A DNA stretch of 64,000 nucleotides, taken from NCBI GenBank assembly GCA_963778655.1, contig CAVZVA010000011.1:96001-160000 (forward strand). The letters run 5' to 3'. This stretch comes from an uncultured delta proteobacterium (GTDB lineage: Bacteria > Myxococcota_A > Polyangia > Polyangiales > JAFGIB01). The translations under genes were made by a program, and so were the position numbers. Below the pieces are notes generated by a model. The model was not told the DNA's origin, did no database searches, and saw only the letters and a program-made list of their open reading frames with translations. This document shows, in pieces, positions 19,874 to 30,600 of the stretch; positions within the stretch are counted from its first letter, which is position 1, and each line of letters starts with the position of its first letter.

Positions 19874-20164
19874 TTTATCTCGTTATTTCAAACACTTATC
19901 ATGACGCAGGGAGAGGTCTGGTTCCCTCTTCGAGTGGGCTCGGCGGCGCGGGGCCGCGAGCGCTGTGTAGCACGGCGCAGGGGCGTCCAGGCTGGCGAGG
20001 TGTAGGGGCTCCGCCACCGGCGCCACGCTCAGGCGCGTTCTGGTCAGGCAGCGCCGGCGGGCGGGTGTGGCGACGCGGCGGGACGCGCGAAGATGCCGAT
20101 TTTGCGAGGCGCGATTTTGTTGCGGGCCTACGCGGAATAGCTCCGGCGCAGGGTGTGTTGTGAA

Positions 20165-20355
20165 GGACAGAAGGCCGCAAGGCCCTCCGCATCAAGCCAA
20201 ATCCCATCCCTCGAAAAGGACGGCTTCCCCGCCGTCCAGACCGCACACCGGAACAGACATCCATCCAAGCAGCCACCCCGCCCTCCTCGTTCAGCCCCTC
20301 AGGGGAGGGCGGGGTGGTCCACTAAAGGAGCCGTCCCGCAGGGGGCGGCTCTTTT
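20165..20355 (+). ncRNA. Candidate structured small RNA
   Basis: Three hairpins (GCAA tetraloop; TTCCCC loop; 14-bp GC stem) with A/C-rich linkers, then a terminator; no credible ORF. Confidence 0.5.
20328..20355 (+). terminator. Rho-independent terminator, possibly bidirectional
   Basis: GAGCCGTCCC-GCAG-GGGGCGGCTC-TTTT; G-U pair works on the + strand. Confidence 0.8.
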
Positions 20356-20400
20356 GGTTTGTCCCTCGTGACACGCAGCGCGCGAGCTTGCCTGGCTGAT

Positions 20401-21159
20401 TCAGAGCAGCACGCCGCCCTCGACCGGCAGGATGTGACCGGTCACCAGCTCGGAGCCGGTGACCAGCGACAGGATGGCGTCCGCCACATCCCCGGGATCG
20501 CACACACGCTGCAGCGGGGTGCGGCTCTCCTGGTGCTTCTTCAGCGCCTCGTATGCATCGCCCAGCCCCGCGCGCAGCCAGCGTCCGGTGATGAAGCCCG
20601 GCGCCACGGCATTGACGCGGATCTCGGGCGCGAGCGCACGCGCCAAAGCCAGCGTGAGATTGTTGAGCGCGGCCTTGGAGGCGCAATACGGGATCGAGCT
20701 GCCGGTCGCGCGCAGGCCGGCCACGCTCGAGACGTTGACCACGCAGCCGCCGCCGTCGGCCCGCAGCGCCGGGCGCGCGGCGCGTACGCACTGAAAGGGT
20801 CCCTGCAGGTTGACCGCCATGATGCGCTGCCAATGCTCATCGGCCACGGCCTCCAGATCGGCGTGGTTGATGAACGAAGTGGTACCCGCATTGTTGATCA
20901 GCACGTCCAACCGCCCGAACGCGCGCACCGCCGCGTCGATCATCGCGCGGCACTCGGCGTCGACGCTCACGTCGGCCTTGTGCACCAGCACGCGCACGCC
21001 CAGCGCGCGCGCCTCGGCGGCAGTGCGCTCGGCCTCCTCGGCGGAGCGGCTGTAGTTGATCAGCACGTCGCAGCCCAAGCGCGCGAGCGCGAGGGCAGTC
21101 TCGCGCCCTACCCCGGTCGCGCTCCCGGTGACGACAGCGGCCTTGTTTCGGACGTCCAT
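20401..21159 (-). CDS. SDR family oxidoreductase
   Basis: TGSATGVG, NNAG, YCASK, RVNAVAPG. Confidence 0.92.
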   Translation of the reverse strand: MDVRNKAAVVTGSATGVGRETALALARLGCDVLINYSRSAEEAERTAAEARALGVRVLVHKADVSVDAECRAMIDAAVRAFGRLDVLINNAGTTSFINHADLEAVADEHWQRIMAVNLQGPFQCVRAARPALRADGGGCVVNVSSVAGLRATGSSIPYCASKAALNNLTLALARALAPEIRVNAVAPGFITGRWLRAGLGDAYEALKKHQESRTPLQRVCDPGDVADAILSLVTGSELVTGHILPVEGGVLL

Positions 21160-21300
21160 GGTACGCTCTCCCTGCGCCTGCCCGGCGCCGCAACTGCGTC
21201 CTATCCGCGCGGAACCTAGCGCAATTGCCGGCTGCTGGGGACGGCGGAACGTCCCAGGCCGCCCTTGCATCCCCGATCCCGGTCAGCAATACCTTAGTCC

Positions 21301-23040
21301 GTGTCCGCACAAGAGATGGAGCCGGAGGGCATCCCGGCCACGTTCTCGCACGAGCCACCCGGGCCCGACGTGCTGCTGCGGACCGTGGTGCCACCCTATC
21401 GGCTGGGCGAAATGCTGTTGCAGATCGCCGAGCTGCGGCTGGACGGACGCCTTGCGCTGGTCACCGACATGGGGCGCAGGACGATTTACTTCCACAGCGG
21501 GCTGCCCGTGTTCAGCGAGTCCTCGCTGTTCGGGGAGCGCCTGGGCGCGCTCGGCGTGCGCCACGGGCTGCTCGCGCGCCACGACGTGGCACGCGCGCTC
21601 TCGTACGCGCGTGACCGCGGCTGCGGCATTGGCCAGGCGCTGCTCGAGAACGAGCGCATCGACAGCGCCGGACTGTTCGCGCTGCTGGGTGTGCAGCTGC
21701 GCGAGGTGGTGGCCGCGAGCTGCGGCGGTGAGCCGCTGCGCGCGCGCTTCCAGGCGGGGCGCGCCGGACCCGACGGCGTGGTGATCTTGAAGCTGCATCC
21801 GCTGACCGCGGTGCTCAACACCCTGACGCTGATGCCCGACGAGGAGCAGGACCGGCTGCTCTCGGCGGTGGGCGGGCGACCCGTGCTGGGTACGCCGATT
21901 CCGGCGACGGCGCGCGAGTGGCTGACCGACCTCGGATATCTCGGCGAGCTCGATCGCTTGACGCTGGGCACGCCGACCGTCAGCGGCATGCGCTCCCGCT
22001 TGCTGGCGCGCCACCGGCCCGGCGCCGAGAAGTGCTTCGATCCCGACGCCGTCCCCTACTCGCTGCCCGGACCGCGCGCCGCGGCGCGCCCGAGCGCGCC
22101 CAAGGTAGCGGACCTGGCGACGCTCACCCTGCTGATGACCGGCGCGCTCAAGCTGGGCGAGCCGCTGCAGCGAACCGGCAGCGGCCTGGAGCGCGACGCG
22201 CCGGCCTCCGCCAACGGGGCGAGCAACCCGCAGATTTCGCTGGCCAGCGCGGCCGCGTCCCCGCTAGCCGAGATCCGCCCCGGGCCCAATGGGGCGCCGC
22301 CCAGTGAGGTGGACCGCATGATCGAGGCCTACTTGTTCGCGGAGCGCGACCGCGCGCTGGCGGCGGCGGCCGCGGTGTGGGGGCCCAGCGTGGAGGCCAG
22401 CGATGCCTCGGTGCCGGTCGAGCTGATGCGCCTGTATCTGACGCTCAAGCCCGAAAAGCGGCCCGCAGTCGTGCTCGGGGTCGAGGCCTCGGCGCCGCCC
22501 GAGCAGATCCTGCAGGCCTACGCCCGGCGCGCGGCGCTGCTGGCCACCATCGATCGCCCCAACGCCGGCCCGCACCTGCGGTGCCGCGCCGCAGAGCTCG
22601 CGCGCTGCTTCGAGCTCGCGCTGGAGAAGCTGGTCCCGGGAGCCTCGGCGGGCGCGCTCTCCCCCGAAGCGGGGGCTGCCGATTCCACGCCGCCGGCGCC
22701 GGCCAGCGTGCCGCCACCGGCACGGTCCCAGAGCCAGCCGCCCCCGGCCGCTGCAGCGCGCGGCTCGGCCGAGGCGAGCGCGGCCAAGGTCGAGGCGCTG
22801 ATGCGCGCGGGCAACTGGCGCGGCGTGCTGGACACGATCGAAGGCCCAGACGCCTCGCTGCCGTTCACGCTGCGCCTGGCGCGCGCGATGGCCCAACGGG
22901 AGCTGCAAGGCCAGACCAAGCCGCGCCCCACCCGCACGCTGTTCAAGGTCGCGCTCGGATTCACCCTCGGGCTCGCGCTGGGCGTGATCGCGGAGCACTT
23001 CTGGGCCGCGGGACGGCTGCTCCAGCTTCCCGGGTTCTGA
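21301..23040 (+). CDS. DUF4388-like protein with degenerate J-like domain and C-terminal TM helix
   Basis: IYF..G.PVFS.S....ERLG..L...G.L; VLGV..SA..EQI.QAY segment lacking HPD; hydrophobic C-terminus. Confidence 0.6.
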   Translation: MSAQEMEPEGIPATFSHEPPGPDVLLRTVVPPYRLGEMLLQIAELRLDGRLALVTDMGRRTIYFHSGLPVFSESSLFGERLGALGVRHGLLARHDVARALSYARDRGCGIGQALLENERIDSAGLFALLGVQLREVVAASCGGEPLRARFQAGRAGPDGVVILKLHPLTAVLNTLTLMPDEEQDRLLSAVGGRPVLGTPIPATAREWLTDLGYLGELDRLTLGTPTVSGMRSRLLARHRPGAEKCFDPDAVPYSLPGPRAAARPSAPKVADLATLTLLMTGALKLGEPLQRTGSGLERDAPASANGASNPQISLASAAASPLAEIRPGPNGAPPSEVDRMIEAYLFAERDRALAAAAAVWGPSVEASDASVPVELMRLYLTLKPEKRPAVVLGVEASAPPEQILQAYARRAALLATIDRPNAGPHLRCRAAELARCFELALEKLVPGASAGALSPEAGAADSTPPAPASVPPPARSQSQPPPAAAARGSAEASAAKVEALMRAGNWRGVLDTIEGPDASLPFTLRLARAMAQRELQGQTKPRPTRTLFKVALGFTLGLALGVIAEHFWAAGRLLQLPGF

Positions 23041-24600
23041 ATGGGCGGCCCAAGCGCGAGCACCGACCTCGAGCAGCAGGCACGCTACGACCGCGCGCTC
23101 AAGCGCGGCGCGCTATACAACACGCTCGGCGGCCTGGCGCGGCTGGTGCAACCGCTGTTCGTGGTGGTGGTCACCTGGTTGTGGGGACCCGCGCTGATCG
23201 GCCCCTACCTGCTGGCGATCTCGTTCATGGAGATCGTCTCAGGCGCGCTCGTCAACGGCTACACCGACGCCACCACCATCTTCGCCAGCCGCCACCTCGA
23301 GCACGCGGACACCGACCCGCGGCAAAAGCGCGCGCTCTACGACGTGCTCGCGAACTCGCTGCTCTGCTCGCTCGGAGCGAGCTTGCTGTGCGCGCTGCTC
23401 GCCCAGCTCGGCGCCTCGTTTCTGGTCGGGCGCTTCTTCCCGCAGTACGGCCAGCTGCTGCCCGGGCTGTACCTGCTGATGTGGGCGCTGCTGCCGCGCG
23501 CGGCCGGTCAGTTCGCGATCGCCGCGACCAAGGCCACCATGCGCATGGAGTACGACGCGCTGCTCAACGGCATGCTGCACCCGGTTGCGCTGCTGCTCGC
23601 GGGGCTGCTGGCGTACGCGCTCGGCGGAGGGCTTTCGGCACTATGCGCCGCCCACCTCGCGGTCGAGTCGCTGGTGTGCGTGCTCGGGTTTCGCGCCGCC
23701 GGACGGCTCTACGACCTGCGCGCGCTGCTGCACGCGGTGCGCCACTTTCGCTTCGACCGCGCCCTGCTGGCATTCGCCCTGCCGCAGAGCCTCAACCTCA
23801 CCTTCAACCGCTACATCGCGCGGCTCGACGCGATCATGCTGGCGTGGTTCGGGGTGGGTGCGGTGCAGCTGGGCTACTTCGGCACCGCGGCGCTGCTCAC
23901 CAGCAATCTGGCGCAGCTGCGCGTGGTGTTCACCGGCGCGCTCGCGCCGGTCGCTTCGCGTCACTATGGCGCCGGCGACAAGCGCGCGTTCGAGGAGGCG
24001 ATGAATCGCGTGGCGCGCTGGGCGACCTCACTGGTCGTACCGGCGGTCTTGCTGTGTCTGTTGCTGCGCGAGGATCTGATGCGGCTGGTGAGCCGTGCCT
24101 ACGGCGGGCACAGCCTGTTCATCGCCGTGCTGCTGATCCCGCCTTTCACCAGCTGCGCCTATGGCATCGCGGGCAGCTGCCTGTTCTACGCCGGCCACAG
24201 CCGCGTGACCTTGTTCAATAGCTCGCTGGTGGCGCTGCTCAACACCGGCTTCAACTACGTGCTGATCCCCCGCTACGGCTTGCTCGGCGCGGCCTCGGCC
24301 ACCGCGCTCGCGACCTCGCTCACGACTCTACTGCAGATGCTGGAGCTGTGGTGGATCGAAGGGGTGCGGATCCGCTGGAAGGCGGTGTGGAAGCCGCACG
24401 TGGGGCTTGCGGCCGGTGCGCTCTTGTTGTGGCTGCTGTGGGATCCGGCGAGCCTCGGGGCGTGGGCCAAGGCACGCACAGCGTGCGGGCTGCTGCTCGG
24501 CTATCCGGCGTTGATGCTCGCGCTCGGCCACGAGGAGCTGCTGGCTCTGGTGCGGCGGTGGCGGCGGCCTGCGGTGGCGGCCACGCGGCCCGGCGCCTGA
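23041..24600 (+). CDS. Oligosaccharide flippase (Wzx/MATE-like) family protein
   Basis: Many TM helices; LLAFALP...RLD.IML....G...LGY; NYVLIPRYGLLGAA.AT. Confidence 0.82.
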   Translation: MGGPSASTDLEQQARYDRALKRGALYNTLGGLARLVQPLFVVVVTWLWGPALIGPYLLAISFMEIVSGALVNGYTDATTIFASRHLEHADTDPRQKRALYDVLANSLLCSLGASLLCALLAQLGASFLVGRFFPQYGQLLPGLYLLMWALLPRAAGQFAIAATKATMRMEYDALLNGMLHPVALLLAGLLAYALGGGLSALCAAHLAVESLVCVLGFRAAGRLYDLRALLHAVRHFRFDRALLAFALPQSLNLTFNRYIARLDAIMLAWFGVGAVQLGYFGTAALLTSNLAQLRVVFTGALAPVASRHYGAGDKRAFEEAMNRVARWATSLVVPAVLLCLLLREDLMRLVSRAYGGHSLFIAVLLIPPFTSCAYGIAGSCLFYAGHSRVTLFNSSLVALLNTGFNYVLIPRYGLLGAASATALATSLTTLLQMLELWWIEGVRIRWKAVWKPHVGLAAGALLLWLLWDPASLGAWAKARTACGLLLGYPALMLALGHEELLALVRRWRRPAVAATRPGA

Positions 24601-24611
24601 AGCGCCCTGGC

Positions 24612-25283
24612 TCAGCGCGCAGGCACGGGTTGCGCAGGTTGGGCCGGTTGCGGCTCGCGCGCCGGCTGCGGCGCGGGCGCGGGCACCGAGCGCAGGTTCT
24701 CGAAGGTTGCGCGCGCGTCTTCATCCAGCCGGTCGCGCACCGTGCCCGCCCCGAACATCGCAGCGAGCCCCGAGATGCGCAGCGTGTTGTGAAAGGAGAC
24801 CCGCGTGCGCTGGAAGCGGCCGTCCTTGCTCAGCTCTTCCAGGTCATAGGTGGTGACCGAGTCGTCGAAGTTCGGGTCGTGGGGCTTGCCGCTGGCCTTG
24901 CTCAGGGCCGCGGCGATCTTCGCCGACACCAGGCGAAATTCCACGCGAATGCGATTCGATGATCGGCGCACGGTGACGTGACTGAAGAAAGTGGTGTTCT
25001 GCACGTCCTCGACGAAGGTCCACACGTAGAAGTCATCGGGCCGGCGGTGGTAGGGCAGCACCAGCTCATGGGTCACGTGCGGCGCACGGTAGCGGCAGCC
25101 GTGATCGCAGGCGGCGCCGTACGCGGTGATCACCGCCAGCAGATCCTGAGCGCGCGCGGCAAACAACCACTGGCGACTCACGCTGAAGTCCTTGGCCTGC
25201 GCGGCCGCGGGCCAGCCGAGCAGCACGCAGAGCAGCGGCAGCAGCAACAGCGGGCCGCGTGTGGGGCGTGAGCGCGCGCTCAT
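24612..25283 (-). CDS. Hypothetical secreted protein
   Basis: Signal peptide (LLLLPLLCVLLGWPAAAQA); good codon bias. Confidence 0.7.
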   Translation of the reverse strand: MSARSRPTRGPLLLLPLLCVLLGWPAAAQAKDFSVSRQWLFAARAQDLLAVITAYGAACDHGCRYRAPHVTHELVLPYHRRPDDFYVWTFVEDVQNTTFFSHVTVRRSSNRIRVEFRLVSAKIAAALSKASGKPHDPNFDDSVTTYDLEELSKDGRFQRTRVSFHNTLRISGLAAMFGAGTVRDRLDEDARATFENLRSVPAPAPQPAREPQPAQPAQPVPAR

Positions 25284-25930
25284 CCGTCGCTCAGCGCTTG
25301 CAGGATGTGAACCGCGTCGCCGGGGCGCAGCGCGGTGGCGAGGCCCCAGGTCTGCTCGCCGTTGACAAAGATGCGTATGTGGCGGCGAAACGCGTCCTGC
25401 TCGTCAAGCATGCGGAGCTTCGGCCCGTCGGGCGTGCCGCCCTGCCCGCCGCCGTTCCAGGTCGTGCGCTGCGGGTGATCGTTGAAGCCCGAGATCGGCT
25501 GCCAGCCCTCGCCGCCATCCTCAACGCGAAACAGCCCGTGCGGCGAGGTGCTGCCCGCGTGCCACACGCCGGGCTCGCTCGCGTGCCCGGGCGTGAGCCA
25601 GAACACGTGGTCGACCACGCGCCCCTGCTGGCCCTCGGGCGCCTCGGCGAACGCCGGCGGCTTCGCGGCTTCTTTCCAGTGCTTGCCGAGATCGGTCGAG
25701 CGGAAGACGGTCGGGCCGAGGTGGCCGGTGCGCGCCGCGACCAGCAGGGTGCGGCGGTCGCGCGGGTCAGGCACGACGTGATGCACCACGTGTCCAAGAA
25801 ACCACGTACCCACCTGCTTCCAGCTCCGGCGCGCGCGGTCGGCCTTGAGCATGAACGCGCCCTTCTTGGTGGCGACGAGCAACGCCACCGGACCGCGCGC
25901 AGCTTTCGACGTCGTGGCTGGCGCCTTCAT
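25280..25930 (-). pseudogene. In-frame deletion fusion of a BNR/sialidase-like beta-propeller N-terminus and a MoaD/ThiS C-terminus
   Basis: LLVATKKGAF...RSTDLGKHW...TPDGPKL joined to RMLDEQ..RRHIRIFVNGE...ILQALSDG. Confidence 0.75.
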
Positions 25931-26011
25931 TCGCGTGCCCTTCGGGTTTGCGAGCTTCGCGCCGAACGTAGGCCAGCGGTTCGCGGCTGTCGAGCCGTCC
26001 GCGCGCCCTGT

Positions 26012-26281
26012 TCACGGCGCAGTGCCGGTGGGCGTGGGCTTGCCAGCCGGCTTGGGGCGCGGCCGCCCCGGACGCCGGCAGCCGCAGCGCAGCTCGCACT
26101 CGGTCATGATACGTTGGGGGGGCAGCGAGCTCTTCGCGGGCGAGGTATCGGGATTGCTGGCCTCGCAGCGCTCGAGGCAGTCCGAGATCTCCTGCTGGCA
26201 GGCCGGTCCCGTGGTTGCGCAGGCCGAACCGCCGAGCGTGAGTCCGAGCGCCGCGAGGCGAAGGATGTGTATTGGCTTCAT
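26012..26281 (-). CDS. Small putative lipoprotein
   Basis: GGSAC lipobox; CxxxC pairs. Confidence 0.6.
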   Translation of the reverse strand: MKPIHILRLAALGLTLGGSACATTGPACQQEISDCLERCEASNPDTSPAKSSLPPQRIMTECELRCGCRRPGRPRPKPAGKPTPTGTAP

Positions 26282-26559
26282 GATCCGGAGAGCACCTGGG
26301 TGATGACAAACACGGCGACGCCGGCCACCGGCAGCAGCGGCTGTGGCGGGGAGGCGCCGTCGATCCAGAGATAGCGGGGCACGCGCCCGGCGTCGAGCGC
26401 CGGCTTCCAGAACCCACGGCAGCCCCGGTCGACGAGACCTCGCAGCGCTCGCCGCGCAGTCGGCGCCAAAGGCTTGCGTTCGGTCCAAAGCGCGGCTAGT
26501 GCTCCGAGCGGACGATTCAGAAGCACCCGGTCAGAGCACGGAAATCGCGGAGCTCAGCG

Positions 26560-27197
26560 CGAGGGGGACAGCGGTGCGAACGACGGTCTTCTGTGTCGCG
26601 CTCTTGGCGTGTTGTCGGCGAGCACGAGGATCTGCAGGGCACAGGAGACGCCGGGGCCGGCGTCACCGGCTCTCGAGGCGGCCGACGCGTCCATGCCCGC
26701 GCCGCCGCCTGCAGCCGTGCCTGCGGTTGCGGAGTGCCATCCGGATTGCAGGGCTGGGTTCGTGTGCGAACGCGGGCAATGCGTATCGGCCTGCAATCCG
26801 GCGTGTCCGAGCGGACAACGCTGCACCGAACAGGCGCAGTGTGTCCCGGAGCTTGGCGCCGCGGTCGCCGCCGCGCCGGTGATCAGCTCAGCCCCGGCTG
26901 CAGCTAGGGCTCGGCGTGGGGCTGTTCCACTATCTGCGCATTTCCCAAGACACCGGCGCAGGCAGCAAGGCCACCACATCGACCACTGACCTGGGGACGC
27001 TGAACGCCGGCTCCGTGAGGGTGGGCTACGGAATCACCGACGCGGTGATTGTCGCTATCGCGCTGGGCGCCTACCGGAGTCACCAGTACAATGGCTCGGC
27101 GCCGATCCCATCGAGCAACAACTCGGCGGTTACGCTGGCCCCCGCCGTCCAGTACGTGCCGCCCGGGCTTCCCTTGTACGTGTCAGCCTGGCTCTAG
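26560..27197 (+). pseudogene. Broken Cys-rich/beta-barrel-type secreted protein cut by MITE
   Basis: ECHPDCRAGFVC..GQC..ACNP motif, then a frame change to beta-strand-like sequence ending at the MITE CTAG. Confidence 0.45.
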
Positions 27198-27362
27198 AGT
27201 GCATTTCATAAATCCGAAATGCTCGATTTCGGAGCGCGATGGGTCCGCCGGCAAGGCGCGCGACCGCTGGAATACTCGGTGTATTTCAAGGTCGCGCAAC
27301 GCAGCCGCCGGGCTCGTCCCGCCCGAAAGGGGGCGTTGAGCGGTTTATGAAATGCACTCTAG
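27194..27362. mobile_element. 169-bp MITE-like element with CTAG ends
   Basis: Perfect 19-bp TIR CTAGAGTGCATTTCATAAA ... TTTATGAAATGCACTCTAG; central hairpin GCGCGACC...GGTCGCGC. Confidence 0.85.
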
Positions 27363-27628
27363 CCTCGACCCGCGAGGCGGCGGGCTGGCGTGCCATATAC
27401 GAGCCCGCGTGCGAGCACGTCACGCGGACCGGATGCGATCGAGCACGGTGACTTGACGCACTCGCTCTGAGCCCGGCCTTGGCCGCAGCGGTGCCACCTG
27501 CATTCACCTACATCGGCGCCATGATTTCTCTGCTTTCGTGCGCAACGCGTCTCCTTTAGGATCGGGCGGTTTGGAACGGCTCGCGCCCTGAAAGCGCGAG
27601 GCCCGAAACACTTGACGAGGGGATCCAC

Positions 27629-30600
27629 GTGCAACTACGGCGCTCGTTCGCTGCAATCGTCATCGCTGTCGCGGCCCTAACCGAAGGGGGCTGCTCCGGT
27701 GGAAACAAAGTCACCTGCGGTGACGGCACCGAGCTGTCAAACGGGCACTGCATCGTCTCGGATGGCGGAATGACCGGAGGAAACCCAGCCGACTCCGGCG
27801 GGTCCGCAGGCTCCGGGGGCAACCTCAAGTGCGGCAAGGGCACCGTGGCTGCCGGCGGCGAATGCGTCCCGGTCGACGCCGGCACGCCGGACGCGACTTC
27901 GGCCGTCGAGAAGATGCCGGTGGGCTCGGCCTGTACGAGCAATGATGAGTGTGGGACGGGGTTCTGCGCACCCGCGGCCGACAATCTCCCGGGAGGTTAC
28001 TGCACCGTCCTCAATTGCAGCATGGACAACCCGTGTCCGGTGGGCTCGACCTGTTATGCGGTCGACAGCAGTCTTTCGATCTGCATGGCGTACTGCGACC
28101 GCGAGGTCGAGTGCCGGACCAGCGACGACTATCATTGCCAGCCGCTGTACACCACGGCGGTCAACATCTGCGCTCCCTCGTGCACGTTGACCGGGATGTG
28201 CGATGCCGGTACTCGCTGCAACGCCGACACCGGTCTGTGCGAGCTCGCGGAGTGCGATCCGAGCGCGCCGGGAGACGCGTGCACCGACCAGGAAACCTGT
28301 TGGCCCGATAGCCGAGGGCTGTCCTCGAAGGGTGGTCTTTGCCTGCATCTGTGTGATCCGGCGCACCCGGACAAGGCCTGCCTGGTCGACAAGAACGAGG
28401 TGTGCCAACCGCTCGCCGAAGATCCCGCAAACAGCGGGTTCTGCGCGCCGCCGGTGTGCAGCAAGACCGAAGAGTGTCCCGCTGGCGCGGTCTGCACCAA
28501 CAGCGTGTGTCAGCCGCCCGCGCTCTGCGACTCGGACGGTAACTGCGCCGACGATGCCACGACCTGCGTGAGCGGCAAGTGCATGCCGAAGTGCCCGACC
28601 GACGGCACCAGCTGCGCCGACATCCACTCGGGTCTCGTGTGCGCCGACGTGCTCGCCGAGCCCGCGTGCTTGCCGCTCGGGTCGTTTCCCGGCAGCGATT
28701 GTCGCGTGTCTACCAACCCGTGCGATCCGCTCAGCACGAGCTTCGGGACCAAAGACATGGTTTGCCAGAGCGGCAAGTGCTTGGCCGACTGCGGCACGGA
28801 CGGTCAGCCGCTGTGTTCGGAGCTCTCGGACACGTTGGTCTGCGCCGCCGGCATCTTCGCCCAAACCCTGTGTCTGCCCAAGGGCAGCTTTCCCGGCGGA
28901 CCGTGCGGTGACAACGACAGCTGCGCCCAAGGGCTGAACGGCAACAGCGCCGTAAACATGAGCTGCGTCAGTGGCACGTGTGCGATCACGTGTTCCGAGA
29001 CCGACAAGTGGAGCGGCTACGGTGACGCGCTGTGCCAGATCGTGGATCCCTCGTTGACCTGCGCGACCTCGGCCGGCGCCATCTGCACGCGCGCGTGCAG
29101 CGACACCGGCGGGTGCAGCAGCGGCTTCTCGTGCCTGGACCCGGGCACCGTGCCCGCCCACGAGAACGCCTGCTTGCCGGATGGCAGCTTCCCTGGAAGC
29201 GCCTGTGCCACGGGCAATACCTGCGCCCAGGACCTCGGCGGCAACGCCGCGGTCGACATGCGCTGCGTCAACGACACCTGCGTGGTCGATTGCGCCACCG
29301 GTGGCGATGGCCTGTGTACCGGCGTCGACGCCTCGCTCACCTGCTCGGAGTCCGCCGACAACATCTGCGTGCTCGCCTGCGTCGCAGGCGCCTGCCCCAG
29401 CGGATACTCCTGCCTCGACCCAGGCGGCGAAAACGCGTGCTTGCCGGATGGCAGCTTCCCTGGAAGCCCCTGTGCGACGGGCAATACCTGCGCCCAGGAC
29501 CTCGGCGGCAACGCCGCGGTCGACATGCGCTGCGTCAACGACACCTGCGTGGTCGATTGCGCCACCGGTGGCGACAGCCTGTGTACCGGCGTCGACGCCT
29601 CGCTCACCTGCTCGGAGTCCGCCGACAACATCTGCGTGCTCGCCTGCGTCGCAGGCGCCTGCCCCAGCGGATACTCCTGCCTCGACCCAGGCGGCGAAAA
29701 CGCGTGCTTGCCGGATGGCAGCTTCCCTGGAAGCCCCTGTGCGACGGGCAATACCTGCGCCCAGGACCTCGGCGGCAACGCCGCGGTCGACATGCGCTGC
29801 GTCAACGACACCTGCGTGGTCGATTGCGCCACCGGTGGCGACAGCCTGTGTACCGGCGTCGACGCCTCGCTCACCTGCTCGGAGTCCGCCGACAACATCT
29901 GCGTGCTCGCCTGCGTCGCAGGCGCCTGCCCCAGCGGATACTCCTGCCTCGACCCAGGCGGCGAAAACGCGTGCTTGCCGGATGGCAGCTTCCCTGGAAG
30001 CGCCTGTGCCACGGGCAATACCTGCGCCCAGGACCTCGGCGGCAACGCCGCGGTCGACATGCGCTGCGTCAACGACACCTGCGTGGTCGATTGCGCCACC
30101 GGTGGCGACAGCCTGTGTACCGGCGTCGACGCCTCGCTCACCTGCTCGGAGTCCGCCGACAACATCTGCGTGCTCGCCTGCGTCGCAGGCGCCTGCCCCA
30201 GCGGATACTCCTGCCTCGACCCAGGCGGCGAAAACGCGTGCTTGCCGGATGGCAGCTTCCCTGGAAGCGCCTGTGCCACGGGCAATACCTGCGCCCAGGA
30301 CCTCGGCGGCAACGCCGCGGTCGACATGCGCTGCGTCAACGACACCTGCGTGGTCGATTGCGCCACCGGTGGCGACAGCCTGTGTACCGGCGTCGACGCC
30401 TCGCTCACCTGCTCGGAGTCCGCCGACAACATCTGCGTGCTCGCCTGCGTCGCAGGCGCCTGCCCCAGCGGATACTCCTGCCTCGACCCAGGCGGCGAAA
30501 ACGCGTGCTTGCCGGATGGCAGCTTCCCTGGAAGCGCCTGTGCCACGGGCGATACCTGCGCCCAGGACCTCGGCGGCAACGCCGCGGTCGACATGCGCTG

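Noticed and set aside
19340..20005. Integrase ORF reading through the tRNA
   Set aside because: Similarity ends soon after RYAHL; the extension over the arm sites and antisense tRNA is not credible protein.
20165..20355. CsrB/RsmZ-like RNA on the minus strand (GGA motifs), or Pxr, 6S or SRP identity
   Set aside because: Strand cues favour plus; no recognisable sequence or fold match to those families by eye.
25786..25795. CCACGTGTCC as the inverted partner of the tRNA-Pro arm repeats
   Set aside because: Single copy inside conserved coding sequence (GHVV); likely chance. No distal tRNA-Pro att copy was found.
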